DNA from: Klebsiella phage FKP3 | Sequence record: PP895363.1 | Strand: one strand, 5' to 3' | Length of the DNA: 64,000 bases | Shown: one piece after another, positions 27,335-35,400 of the stretch | Numbering within the stretch: position 1 is the first letter of the stretch | Layout: each line of letters begins with the position of its first letter | The notes under the pieces: generated by a model | Seen by the model: the letters and a program-made list of their open reading frames with translations, nothing else | What the model was told of the DNA's origin: nothing | Databases searched by the model: none | Made by a program: the position numbers and the translations under genes

Positions 27335-27832
27335 TTAATTTCCTTTCGTTCTGTATTTGATGGCTCTTTTTTCAGGATCGTAGTTTTGTTTTCTTCTTTC
27401 CTGTTCGAGCAATCTTGCTTGTCTATATGCAACAGAACATTCTTCACAACGGCAACCTCTTTTTTGATACGCATAACTTGTACCGTGAACGATAGGTTTT
27501 TCAACCCTGTTTATTACCGTCCCAGTTTCACTTACACGTCTTGCTGCCGCAGAGTTACAGCTATGATGGCTATAACTAATATTCTCTAACCCAAAGAACA
27601 TCTTATCTGGTTCCTCTGAATATCTCCAAGGAACAATGTGTTCAATGCTATAATTGTCTTCGTTCATCTCTTTACCACAATGGTAACAAGAAGTTCTTCC
27701 TGTCTCGACAATCATTTGCCACATGAGTTTTCTTATCAGAATGTTTCGCGCTTTTCCCATCGACATACCTAACTCGTCGCTCACGATACACTCCTTATAA
27801 ATTGGCGCGACTGACGATACTCGAACTCGCAT
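27335..27832 (-). CDS. HNH endonuclease embedded in tRNA array
   Basis: 165 aa; CYHCGKEM...SIEHIVPW...N...HHSCN and a C-terminal CxxC zinc motif; the annotated start overlaps an aberrant tRNA-like element, so the true start may be an internal Met. Confidence 0.6.
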   Translation of the reverse strand: MRVRVSSVAPIYKECIVSDELGMSMGKARNILIRKLMWQMIVETGRTSCYHCGKEMNEDNYSIEHIVPWRYSEEPDKMFFGLENISYSHHSCNSAAARRVSETGTVINRVEKPIVHGTSYAYQKRGCRCEECSVAYRQARLLEQERRKQNYDPEKRAIKYRTKGN

Positions 27833-27870
27833 TCTCTCCTGTGACAGGGGAGTACCATTACCTAGCCAGC
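27794..27870 (-). tRNA. aberrant tRNA-Asp-like element (anticodon loop CUGUCAC) abutting the HNH gene
   Basis: Anticodon arm CUCCC-CUGUCAC-AGGAG. T-region GCGAGUUCGAGUAUCGU recalls tRNA-Asp GCGGGUUCGAGUCCCGU but its pairing is degraded; acceptor strands do not pair. Confidence 0.25.
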
Positions 27871-28027
27871 CCCGCGACTATAATTTATAAATCTGGTCGT
27901 TCATCTCTGTTAACTAAACGGATACCACCGTCAGATAAAACTTCAAGTTTTGAATATTGATAAACTACGACCTTGTTATCACTCATTGTTACTCCGGTTA
28001 ATACAAGCATTATAATCTCCTAAGTTT

Positions 28028-28118
28028 GTGGCGGAAGATAACGGAGTCGAACCATCACCATATCGCTACAGCGGGCTGGTTTTCAAGACCAGTTGCGTAC
28101 CGCTACGCCCTATCTTCC
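28028..28118 (-). tRNA. tRNA-Ser (UGA), class II
   Basis: Acceptor GGAAGAU/AUCUUCC perfect, anticodon arm CUGGU-CUUGAAA-ACCAG, long variable arm, G73, CCA. Confidence 0.6.
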
Positions 28119-28133
28119 ACATCTATACTTACT

Positions 28134-28163
28134 ACTCTATCATACTTTTCAATCAGTTGTCAA
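28134..28163 (-). promoter_or_regulatory. sigma70-like promoter TTGACA-N18-TAGAGT
   Basis: Minus strand TTGACAACTGATTGAAAAGTATGATAGAGT just upstream of tRNA-Ser(UGA). Confidence 0.4.
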
Positions 28164-28194
28164 GAAAAACTTTCCACCTTTTTTGACAATTATT

Positions 28195-28269
28195 TGGTAG
28201 AGCCACTAGGAATCGAACCTAGACTGTAGAGTTAGAAGCTCCATTTGCTATCCATTACAACATAGCTCC
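28195..28269 (-). tRNA. tRNA-Arg (UCU)
   Basis: Anticodon arm UGGAG-CUUCUAA-CUCUA, T-arm CUAGG-UUCGAUU-CCUAG. Confidence 0.55.
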
Positions 28270-28283
28270 ATTTATTTAGGCCA

Positions 28284-28313
28284 ACTATAACACACACTAT
28301 TCGTTATTGTCAA
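28284..28313 (-). promoter_or_regulatory. sigma70-like promoter TTGACA-N18-TATAGT upstream of tRNA-Arg(UCU)
   Basis: Minus strand TTGACAATAACGAATAGTGTGTGTTATAGT. Confidence 0.45.
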
Positions 28314-28467
28314 GCTCTTTTTTAATTTCTTTTTTAGCTTTCTGACGTTCAGTAGCTTTACACACTTCTTGCCAAGAGTCGTACTCATCTCCTTTACGAT
28401 AGCCACGGCTACGACAAAGAGAACATAGACAACCTTCTTGACTATATTTCAAACCATGAGGTTTCAT
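28297..28467 (-). CDS. small Cys-rich protein (56 aa)
   Basis: MKPHGLKYSQEGCLCSLCRSRGYRKGDEYDSWQEVCKATERQKAKKEIKKELDNNE; below the ORF-track size cutoff. Confidence 0.2.
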   Translation of the reverse strand: MKPHGLKYSQEGCLCSLCRSRGYRKGDEYDSWQEVCKATERQKAKKEIKKELDNNE

Positions 28468-28475
28468 GAGTTTCC

Positions 28476-28727
28476 TTAGATTATCAGAGTTTTAAACTTA
28501 ATGCAAATGATTTTCTTCTTACCGCCTACATACTGCCAATGATGTATCTCCGCAGCTACTTCTAGGGAAGTTCCTACTTCACGGTAGGCGTGAGTGATTA
28601 CATCAATCCAGTATTCACAATCAGGCTGATAAATCATACTGTAGTGCTTATCAATCAACGTATTGATACCGCCGCAATCTCCAATTGTCTTACGCCACGG
28701 TGTACTCTTCATAACAAACTTTTCCAA
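28476..28727 (-). CDS. hypothetical protein
   Basis: 83 aa ORF. Confidence 0.3.
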   Translation of the reverse strand: MEKFVMKSTPWRKTIGDCGGINTLIDKHYSMIYQPDCEYWIDVITHAYREVGTSLEVAAEIHHWQYVGGKKKIICIKFKTLII

Positions 28728-29065
28728 GTTTTATCAGGAATTTCTGATGGAGGAATCTTACCTTCTGTCTTGGCTTTATCGTCTACTGCTTTTTTAATAG
28801 CTTGAACCTGTGCCTCGGTTAAAGGGCCATCATCTTTTTCGTATGCCATTATATTTCTCCTATTTATTATCAAAACACATAAAGGAGGACAATGATCAGG
28901 TGACGTTTGCCAACGCCCTGCCGAAGTTTAGAGATGGTTGCAAATCATCCCCAACCGCATCACTGGTTTAAACTCACATGATCAGTGCTTGTTTCTGGAT
29001 ACTCACACGCCCATACGTGCAGACAGTTTTAACGCCAATCAATGCCTTTCTTTATATGTTCTGTA

Positions 29066-29190
29066 TGGTTGACTGCTACAGGACTTGAACCTGTTTCTCT
29101 TCGCGCGGATTTACGTTGTACCAACATGTGAGGAATCGAACCTCTCCACTACCCTACCGAAGCGCATATACCTATCATGCTCATACAGTC
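29066..29190 (-). ncRNA. composite tRNA-like element (two T-arm-like hairpins enclosed by a 7-bp acceptor-like helix)
   Basis: 5' UGACUGU pairs with 3' GCAGUCA followed by ACCA; internal GGAGAGGUUCGAUUCCUC and ACAGGUUCAAGUCCUGU hairpins; about 124 nt, too long for a standard tRNA. Confidence 0.25.
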
Positions 29191-29559
29191 ATTGGAGGAT
29201 GATATGGGATTTTAACCCATCTAATACTGTTTTGCAGACAGTCTCCTAGACACTCGGACAATCATCCCATTGAAAATGGTGTGACTGGTGGGGCATGATC
29301 CCACATCATCTCCTTCACAGGGAGAAACGTTAACCAGCTTACGCTCACAGTCACCATTGATTTTGCAGTTGCTATTCTCCTTAAACACCGCACATACGGT
29401 ATTAAGCAGAATAACTTTCGTGCTGCTTCACGATGTGGAGTTCCCCACATTGAAGTTTGTTCACACTTGTCACAGTGCTTCTCTTCCGAGTAAACCACTC
29501 TCGTAGTTGCTGACAAACAACTCGTAAAATATATTCTCGTAAGAACATATATTGCGAGA

Positions 29560-29650
29560 GTTTGGCACCAGGAGGAGGAATCGAACACTCCTAATCAGGT
29601 CATGACTCCTGACTATCTCAAACCAAACACTGTTGTGTCGGCTATTGCAT
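29560..29650 (-). ncRNA. tRNA-like remnant (T-arm and CCA-like 3' end, no pairing 5' strand)
   Basis: GGAGUGUUCGAUUCCUCC T-arm-like hairpin and 3' ...CCUGGUGCCA; 7-bp hairpin AGUCAGG-AGUCAUGA-CCUGAUU upstream. Confidence 0.2.
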
Positions 29651-29708
29651 AATAGCGAGCGCTCACTCCTATGCAGACCTTCACCAGTGTCGAGATCCTG
29701 GTATTGTT

Positions 29709-29797
29709 TGGTGCGGGTAGTGGGAGTCGAACCCACAGGAGGAAACCCTCCGAGGGATTTTAAATCCCTTGCGTACTGCCAATACCGCCATACCCGC
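29709..29797 (-). tRNA. tRNA-Leu (UAA), class II
   Basis: Acceptor GCGGGUA/UACCCGC perfect, anticodon arm AGGGA-UUUAAAA-UCCCU, long variable arm. Confidence 0.6.
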
Positions 29798-29808
29798 ATT
29801 AAATTTAG

Positions 29809-29883
29809 TGACCCCCGGAGGATTCGAACCTACCTACCTCTCGATTATGAGTCGATTGCTCATACCTAATGAGCTTGAGGGCC
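29809..29883 (-). tRNA. tRNA with CAU anticodon (Met or Ile2), no encoded CCA
   Basis: Acceptor GGCCCUC/GGGGGUC (two G-U pairs), D-arm GCUCA-UUAGGUA-UGAGC, anticodon loop CUCAUAA. Confidence 0.45.
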
Positions 29884-29929
29884 AAAGAAGTATTACTTTA
29901 ACATAAAATAATACTTCGTGTCAACACTT

Positions 29930-30205
29930 TTAAGCGAAATTTTTAAATTCTTCATCATCCTTGCGGCTAAGAAGAGCATAAATAAGTGCCAACACAGTTT
30001 CTTGACTACGAGGTAAACCCATCTCATCGAGAAGTAAATCTATGTTTAAAATCTCTTTATCTTTAGCTGCGTCTTCACGCAGAAGCAATGAACCGTCTGC
30101 TTGCTCTACAAACATGCTTTCAGGATTAAAAATAAAAAATGTATTTTCATCTTGATCCGTAATCAAATGCTTAAGTAGTCCACTAACATCAATCTGCTCT
30201 TCCAT
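29930..30205 (-). CDS. hypothetical acidic protein
   Basis: 91 aa ORF with promoter 30226-30255 immediately upstream. Confidence 0.3.
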   Translation of the reverse strand: MEEQIDVSGLLKHLITDQDENTFFIFNPESMFVEQADGSLLLREDAAKDKEILNIDLLLDEMGLPRSQETVLALIYALLSRKDDEEFKNFA

Positions 30206-30225
30206 AATTTTCTCCTCTGTTTAGA

Positions 30226-30255
30226 ATCTTATCAAAAGATTACAATGCTTGTCAA
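30226..30255 (-). promoter_or_regulatory. sigma70-like promoter TTGACA-N18-TAAGAT
   Basis: Minus strand TTGACAAGCATTGTAATCTTTTGATAAGAT, about 20 nt upstream of the gene start at 30205. Confidence 0.4.
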
Positions 30256-30257
30256 TA

Positions 30258-30524
30258 CTAATTTGTATCTATTTCATCATCACCATTTGACATAGTTAAA
30301 AATAAATCTGTAATACCTTGATGTTGATATGCCCTTTCGGGGCTATCATCAAATGCCAAGCCTGTACAAATTGAACAAAGATCTGATTCCTGGATAAGAC
30401 CATTCTTATCTCGTTTGGAGTGATTCTTTAATAATCTATTACAGGCTCGACACCTAAAATAAAAGTTGTGTTGTTTCATAAAACCTTCGTGAACCCGATA
30501 GGGTGATAATCGGCTTCTCCTCAC
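30258..30524 (-). CDS. zinc-finger protein
   Basis: 88 aa with CRACN...CSIC Cys pairs. Confidence 0.3.
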   Translation of the reverse strand: MRRSRLSPYRVHEGFMKQHNFYFRCRACNRLLKNHSKRDKNGLIQESDLCSICTGLAFDDSPERAYQHQGITDLFLTMSNGDDEIDTN

Positions 30525-30557
30525 TTTTATCTTAACACGAAGGTTTCATTTCGTCAA

Positions 30558-32276
30558 CTATTTCACTTCAATCAAATGATTCATAACCTCTTTATCCAGA
30601 CGAGCACGGATATCGTTGAAATCTTCATCACGACCGTTCACCTGGGGAATTAATACATTCCCGTTACGGAAGATGGGTTGAAGCAGGTTATCTTCATCAT
30701 TAATCTCTTCAAACGAGATGTTATCCACTTGATGCAGGATACCATCTTTACGAACAACCTTGATGAATCCTTTCGCAGAGCGTTTACTTGGGTCTGTTTT
30801 CGGTTCTTTGCTCACCATGATTTCGTAATCGTCAATGAAGCAGCCAGTCGCTTTCACAGCCATACCAAAGGTATCACGAGTGTTAAACTGATAGGTGAAG
30901 CTACCAACGCCGAATACGATGTTTGAAGAAGCAAAACCCTTTTCTTTGAGACGTTTAAGAATTTCGATCTCACGCTCAACAGTGATAGAATCCCCGTAAA
31001 TCATGCCGATGTGAGTATCCAGCACTTTATAGCCTTTGCTGTTCACTTCACCACCAAAGATTTCCCACAATACTTGGATGGAACCTACAGCCTCATGGCG
31101 TGGAATCTGTTGACATTCTGCGTCAATAACCCAAGTCTGAGTCGTTAATGAATAACGGGGTTCAAAATAACCATTTTTTGTACTAACCAAAAGGTCTTCA
31201 ACTTCATATGGTTTAATGTTTTCCAGTTCTTCTTCACTAACAATGTTGTATCCCGCAACTACTTTAACCGGATCACCAGAATCAGGACGAACAACCAAAC
31301 GACCATTACGCATCATGATTTCTTCTTTCAGTTCCGGCAGAATACGAGTGAGCACAGCCCAGTAATCGTAAGAGTCTGCAACATAAGAGCAGAAACCTTC
31401 CGGCACAATGTCTCGGATGAAAGTCAGAAGGAATTCCTTCTCAGCCAGATAACGGAGGCCATCTACATCACCTGCTAAGTGAGGGAAATGCTCTTCCAGA
31501 TCTTTTACGATACGACTGATATTGGTAGTTGCAACAGAGTGTTCAGAAGCAGGGATACTACCAGCTACAAACTGATCATCATCAATACCATAGTATTCGT
31601 GGACAGCTTCAATACCCAAGATGTTATCTGTACCAGTGAACGACGCTAGGTGAGCGATGCCACTCTTATACCCGTCTTCTACGGTGGACAAACCACGCAG
31701 ACTGAAATCATGACACTGGAAGTTAACGTGATCCACGTTGTCACAGGTTGCCAGGGCGTAGGACATTGCCACACGCTTATACTGGAACGCAGCGGTTGCG
31801 TTGGTGATCGTTTTCCAGCTTTCGGTTGACATAAGTGTTTCGATGTAGTTAGTCACCCAGAAGAATTTCTCTACGGTGTTATGGATGGTATACACCGGAA
31901 TACCAATCGGTGACAGAATACCTTCCGGCAGAGCGCGGATTTCAACTGGCAGATAACCCAGATCGTGAAGTTCACCCCAACATTCTGCTGATGGTGCAGC
32001 AGCGCCAAGTGCGTTTTTGGACATACGAGCAAATTTCTTCACAGCAGCTCCACGCTTCATCTTGAAGAATTTCTTCCACATTCCAACCATTGAGTCCATT
32101 ACCATGCGGCGCAGACCCAAGACAATAACGCCACGAGCATTCTTATCAGCGTAATGAGCAAAGTTTTTGTCATTACGTGGTGTCAGGTTAGAGAAGATTA
32201 GCTTTGTGTTCTGGTTGTACATCGGCTTGTGACCAGGTTTATACCAATCAGCAGCGAACGGTGCAAAAATTTCCAT
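30558..32276 (-). CDS. nadV: nicotinamide phosphoribosyltransferase (NAMPT/NadV)
   Basis: 572 aa; DWYKPGH, LHDLGYLPVEIRALPEG, HVNFQCHDFSLRGLSTVE, IYGDSIT motifs closely parallel bacterial/phage NadV sequences as I recall them. Confidence 0.8.
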   Translation of the reverse strand: MEIFAPFAADWYKPGHKPMYNQNTKLIFSNLTPRNDKNFAHYADKNARGVIVLGLRRMVMDSMVGMWKKFFKMKRGAAVKKFARMSKNALGAAAPSAECWGELHDLGYLPVEIRALPEGILSPIGIPVYTIHNTVEKFFWVTNYIETLMSTESWKTITNATAAFQYKRVAMSYALATCDNVDHVNFQCHDFSLRGLSTVEDGYKSGIAHLASFTGTDNILGIEAVHEYYGIDDDQFVAGSIPASEHSVATTNISRIVKDLEEHFPHLAGDVDGLRYLAEKEFLLTFIRDIVPEGFCSYVADSYDYWAVLTRILPELKEEIMMRNGRLVVRPDSGDPVKVVAGYNIVSEEELENIKPYEVEDLLVSTKNGYFEPRYSLTTQTWVIDAECQQIPRHEAVGSIQVLWEIFGGEVNSKGYKVLDTHIGMIYGDSITVEREIEILKRLKEKGFASSNIVFGVGSFTYQFNTRDTFGMAVKATGCFIDDYEIMVSKEPKTDPSKRSAKGFIKVVRKDGILHQVDNISFEEINDEDNLLQPIFRNGNVLIPQVNGRDEDFNDIRARLDKEVMNHLIEVK

Positions 32277-32344
32277 TTGTTTCTCCTTTCTCTTGTTTGT
32301 TTCGATGGGAGAAGATTAATTCATCCTCTCCATAAAGTCAACAA

Positions 32345-32920
32345 TTATTCGACAGAATCTTCAACTTTTATACGCAAGAATGTACAACCTCTATGTGATC
32401 TACGTTTACCCAAGCAAACATCACTAACCAATCTAAAATCGAAACCAGCTTCTTCCAGCTCTTTGTTACCATTGCAGATATGAATTATTTCATTCTCTGC
32501 ACTTATTACAAAAGTCGTGTATAAAAGTCTTGCAGCCTTTCTACCAGTATGGATTGTTTTTAAACCAGTATCTATGGCATGTTTCTGATTTTCTTGGTTC
32601 GTTGACCATTCTAAGTTGTCCTTATGATTGTTCTCCTTATTACCATCCTTATGATTAACCTGTCTTTTGTTCATGGGGTTTGGTACAAAAGCCTCGGCAA
32701 CTAATCTGTGAACTCTAAAGCGCTTTGACTTTCTGTTTACTGACAAATAAACATTCAAATACCCATACTTATCTCTTGAAGGTTGTAAAACACAACCTGT
32801 GTAGAGCAGAGGTTTGCCAGTATCACTACGGTATACTATACGATCAAGAGAACGGATAGTACCGTCATCACCTACTTCGTAGAACCCCTCATAGCCGGGA
32901 ATAGCAACAAATTCTGTCAT
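32345..32920 (-). CDS. HNH homing endonuclease
   Basis: 191 aa; VHRLVAEAFVPNP...VNHKDGNKENNHKDNLEW...; same family as 20239-20937; inserted between nadV and prs. Confidence 0.7.
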   Translation of the reverse strand: MTEFVAIPGYEGFYEVGDDGTIRSLDRIVYRSDTGKPLLYTGCVLQPSRDKYGYLNVYLSVNRKSKRFRVHRLVAEAFVPNPMNKRQVNHKDGNKENNHKDNLEWSTNQENQKHAIDTGLKTIHTGRKAARLLYTTFVISAENEIIHICNGNKELEEAGFDFRLVSDVCLGKRRSHRGCTFLRIKVEDSVE

Positions 32921-33843
32921 TTAACTATTAACTTCTGTAGCATTTCTTGGTTCTCCACTAAAATACCTTTGGTATTACGACCATGTATGTTATTTCCCCA
33001 AGCATTAAAACAATGAATGGAGTCTATGATGCCATCAAAAATATCTATTCCTTTACCAAAGATGCCGTGTGTCACATACAGTTCTACACGCCCTGCATTT
33101 CTCTCCTTAAGAAGTTTACCTAATGCAAGGAATGTTCCACCGTTATCACAAATATCGTCCACAATCATAAGGTTTGCACCGTGGAAGTCTTGCACACTGA
33201 TATCTGTGCGAATGATGTCTCCAGTCGCCGTATCACGAATCTTATCTGCACAATGTACAGGAAGCTCCATACGTTTAGCCAGTTTGAAGATTTTCTTCAA
33301 CGCTCCACCATCTGGGCTAACCAACTCAAAATTCTCCATACGTAGTTTCCATTTTAAAACATGGAAAGCAATCTCATCTTGAGAAATGGCATCCAGATTG
33401 GTAATCACTGCTGGTGTCACTTCACTGTGTGGGTCAGCCACCAATACACGAGAGAACTCCAAGATGTTTAGAAGACGAGCAAACGACTTAACACCAAACG
33501 CCTCACCTTTCTCGCAGTAACGATCTTGTCGTGCATACGGAACGTATAGGGAAAACAGTTCAATTGGTTTTGGATTGAATCGTAAGATTTCGTCCAAAGC
33601 ATCCTTCACCATTACCACAGCCATAAAATCATCTGAGGAACGGATATCTTGGTGAACTTCTACTTTTTGAATAGTAGTTAAGTCAATGAAAGAATATTTG
33701 AAAGCCTCCATATCAATCTTCACATGCACTTCACCACCGGAGAAGGTGAACACCTTTACTGAAATATCATTATCGTGACCCCACTGGTCAATAACATTAA
33801 TCTTCATCTTCTTCCTCCGATTCTTCCATTGCTTCAATTTCAC
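32917..33843 (-). CDS. prs: ribose-phosphate pyrophosphokinase (PRPP synthetase)
   Basis: 308 aa; LVSPDGGALKKIFKLAKR and PRPP-binding loop LMIVDDICDNGGTF; 4-nt overlap with HNH gene. Confidence 0.7.
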   Translation of the reverse strand: MKLKQWKNRRKKMKINVIDQWGHDNDISVKVFTFSGGEVHVKIDMEAFKYSFIDLTTIQKVEVHQDIRSSDDFMAVVMVKDALDEILRFNPKPIELFSLYVPYARQDRYCEKGEAFGVKSFARLLNILEFSRVLVADPHSEVTPAVITNLDAISQDEIAFHVLKWKLRMENFELVSPDGGALKKIFKLAKRMELPVHCADKIRDTATGDIIRTDISVQDFHGANLMIVDDICDNGGTFLALGKLLKERNAGRVELYVTHGIFGKGIDIFDGIIDSIHCFNAWGNNIHGRNTKGILVENQEMLQKLIVK

Positions 33844-34048
33844 TCAGACGATCAAGGATTGCCTCAGCCTGTTCCCAGAAAGCATCATAGGCTCTACGCT
33901 CACGTGGGGATAGCTGTGAAGGTGTGAAATCATCTTCATACATCTTGTTGATGATATCTTGCATATCATTCGATGTGTTCTCGAACATACAATAACTCAT
34001 GTTTGGCATATCTTTCTCCTTCTTTAGTTGATAGACGCTAGTGTACAT
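33797..34048 (-). CDS. hypothetical acidic protein
   Basis: 83 aa ORF, last minus-strand gene before the divergent region. Confidence 0.3.
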   Translation of the reverse strand: MYTSVYQLKKEKDMPNMSYCMFENTSNDMQDIINKMYEDDFTPSQLSPRERRAYDAFWEQAEAILDRLSEIEAMEESEEEDED

Positions 34049-34111
34049 AGCTAGACACCATAGGTCAATAGTTATTTATAAATTAATAATTAATTAATAG
34101 TAAATTAATTA

Positions 34112-34140
34112 TTGATTATATAATCTACTTATACTATAGT
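34112..34140 (+). promoter_or_regulatory. sigma70-like promoter TTGATT-N17-TATAGT at start of plus-strand block
   Basis: TTGATTATATAATCTACTTATACTATAGT in the AT-rich divergent intergenic region. Confidence 0.4.
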
Positions 34141-34297
34141 ACTGTCATTGAGTAACATAACAGATCTATGATACTCTGTACAATACATATAGTATATACA
34201 CATAACAAACACTAGAATCTCCCCTCGCTTCGCTCGGCGAACTTCGTGTTTAGGGTAGCATATATAAAAACAAAAGTCAATACTGCAAAGGAGAAAA

Positions 34298-34438
34298 ATG
34301 AAAATTAATTTAGACCAAGTAAAAGACCTCACACCTAAGTATAAGAGAGGTGGTGCATCACGCCGTAGAACGCTCCGTGAGGGCATTGACAAGCCACGGC
34401 TAGTGGTTTATCATCCAGAGAAAGAAAACGGCTCATAA
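34298..34438 (+). CDS. small basic protein (46 aa)
   Basis: AAAGGAG RBS 7 nt before ATG; MKINLDQVKDLTPKYKRGGASRRRTLREG...; below the ORF-track cutoff. Confidence 0.25.
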   Translation: MKINLDQVKDLTPKYKRGGASRRRTLREGIDKPRLVVYHPEKENGS

Positions 34439-34456
34439 CGCGATACAGGAGGTCTG

Positions 34457-34759
34457 ATGGACTTTACACATACAACTTTGATAGGAGAGCTTCGCGGATT
34501 CTATAACGGTGAAGCTTTCTGTGCTGCTTTCCATGACGATGATATGTCGGTGGAATGGAAGCAATTGGAGTTTATCTTAGAAAAAGCAAATACAATGCTT
34601 GACTTCGACCACGTAGAGTGGTACGTTGGTAACTCTGTTAAGGTAGTTGGTTTGGATCGTAATCAGATCATCGACCTTGATTGCAAATTAATCAACTTCC
34701 AATTTGGGAACAAAATTCCCTTGGAACGACAACTACAACTTGTTTGTGAGGAGAAATGA
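34457..34759 (+). CDS. hypothetical early protein
   Basis: 100 aa ORF with GGAGG RBS. Confidence 0.3.
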   Translation: MDFTHTTLIGELRGFYNGEAFCAAFHDDDMSVEWKQLEFILEKANTMLDFDHVEWYVGNSVKVVGLDRNQIIDLDCKLINFQFGNKIPLERQLQLVCEEK

Positions 34760-34977
34760 TGAGCGAATATGAAAAAGGTGTATGGTATAGTTGGGGTATC
34801 GATGGTGATAAAGAACCTTATTTCCCAGTACCAGAAGGTACGTTAGTATCCGTGATCCATCGAGACGGACAATTATTTACCAATGTGCGTACAGGCAGGG
34901 ATGAGGCAGAAGAATGGTGGATTGATGAAAATAATCCTTGGCCTGGTGATATCATGTCTTTCCTAGTGGAGGAATAA
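34756..34977 (+). CDS. hypothetical early protein
   Basis: 73 aa, ATGA overlap with upstream gene. Confidence 0.3.
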   Translation: MMSEYEKGVWYSWGIDGDKEPYFPVPEGTLVSVIHRDGQLFTNVRTGRDEAEEWWIDENNPWPGDIMSFLVEE

Positions 34978-34978
34978 T

Positions 34979-35164
34979 ATGGCTCCTATTTATCGTGTGA
35001 CATTAGGGGGTATTCATGATGTTAAACAAACACACAACTATGCAGAGGCCAAAGAACATTTTCTTATTTGGGTTGCTGAGTTGATTGAGTGGGGTGAAGT
35101 GACATATAATAGTGTTACTCTCACAGCAGATCATGTTCCTGTTTTGGAGTATATGCGAAAATGA
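34979..35164 (+). CDS. hypothetical early protein
   Basis: 61 aa ORF. Confidence 0.25.
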   Translation: MAPIYRVTLGGIHDVKQTHNYAEAKEHFLIWVAELIEWGEVTYNSVTLTADHVPVLEYMRK

Positions 35165-35400
35165 GTAAATTTCCGCTTACAGGTGTTATCTACTCTTGTG
35201 TGGGTAAAGGTGGATTGTATTCAGTGGTTAGTTTCCCTTCCCCTGCTGGCGTATCCAAGGTGTTTGATCCTATTGTAATCTACGAAGACCTTCATAGTGG
35301 TACACAATACTGGCGTTTCCAGGGAGACTTCTTAGATCGTATGGAGGTGGTGAGTGGCGAAAACACCGAAGAAGCAATCCGCTCGAAAACCCGCTACTAA
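35161..35400 (+). CDS. hypothetical early protein
   Basis: 79 aa ORF, ATGA overlap. Confidence 0.3.
   Translation: MSKFPLTGVIYSCVGKGGLYSVVSFPSPAGVSKVFDPIVIYEDLHSGTQYWRFQGDFLDRMEVVSGENTEEAIRSKTRY

Noticed and set aside
23866-29869. Sixteen ORF-track entries of 60-110 aa lying over the tRNA array (e.g. 23866-24123, 24593-24796, 24841-25023, 25027-25284, 25306-25518, 25553-25786, 26561-26785, 26906-27151, 27263-27589, 28026-28229, 29262-29588, 29470-29799, 29633-29869)
   Set aside because: Each overlaps one or more well-folded tRNA genes, has no RBS, and they overlap each other on both strands. They are artefacts of stop-poor tRNA sequence.
34129-34392. Minus-strand 87-aa ORF in the divergent intergenic region
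   Set aside because: AT-rich low-complexity translation overlapping the predicted plus-strand promoter and the small plus-strand gene at 34298-34438.
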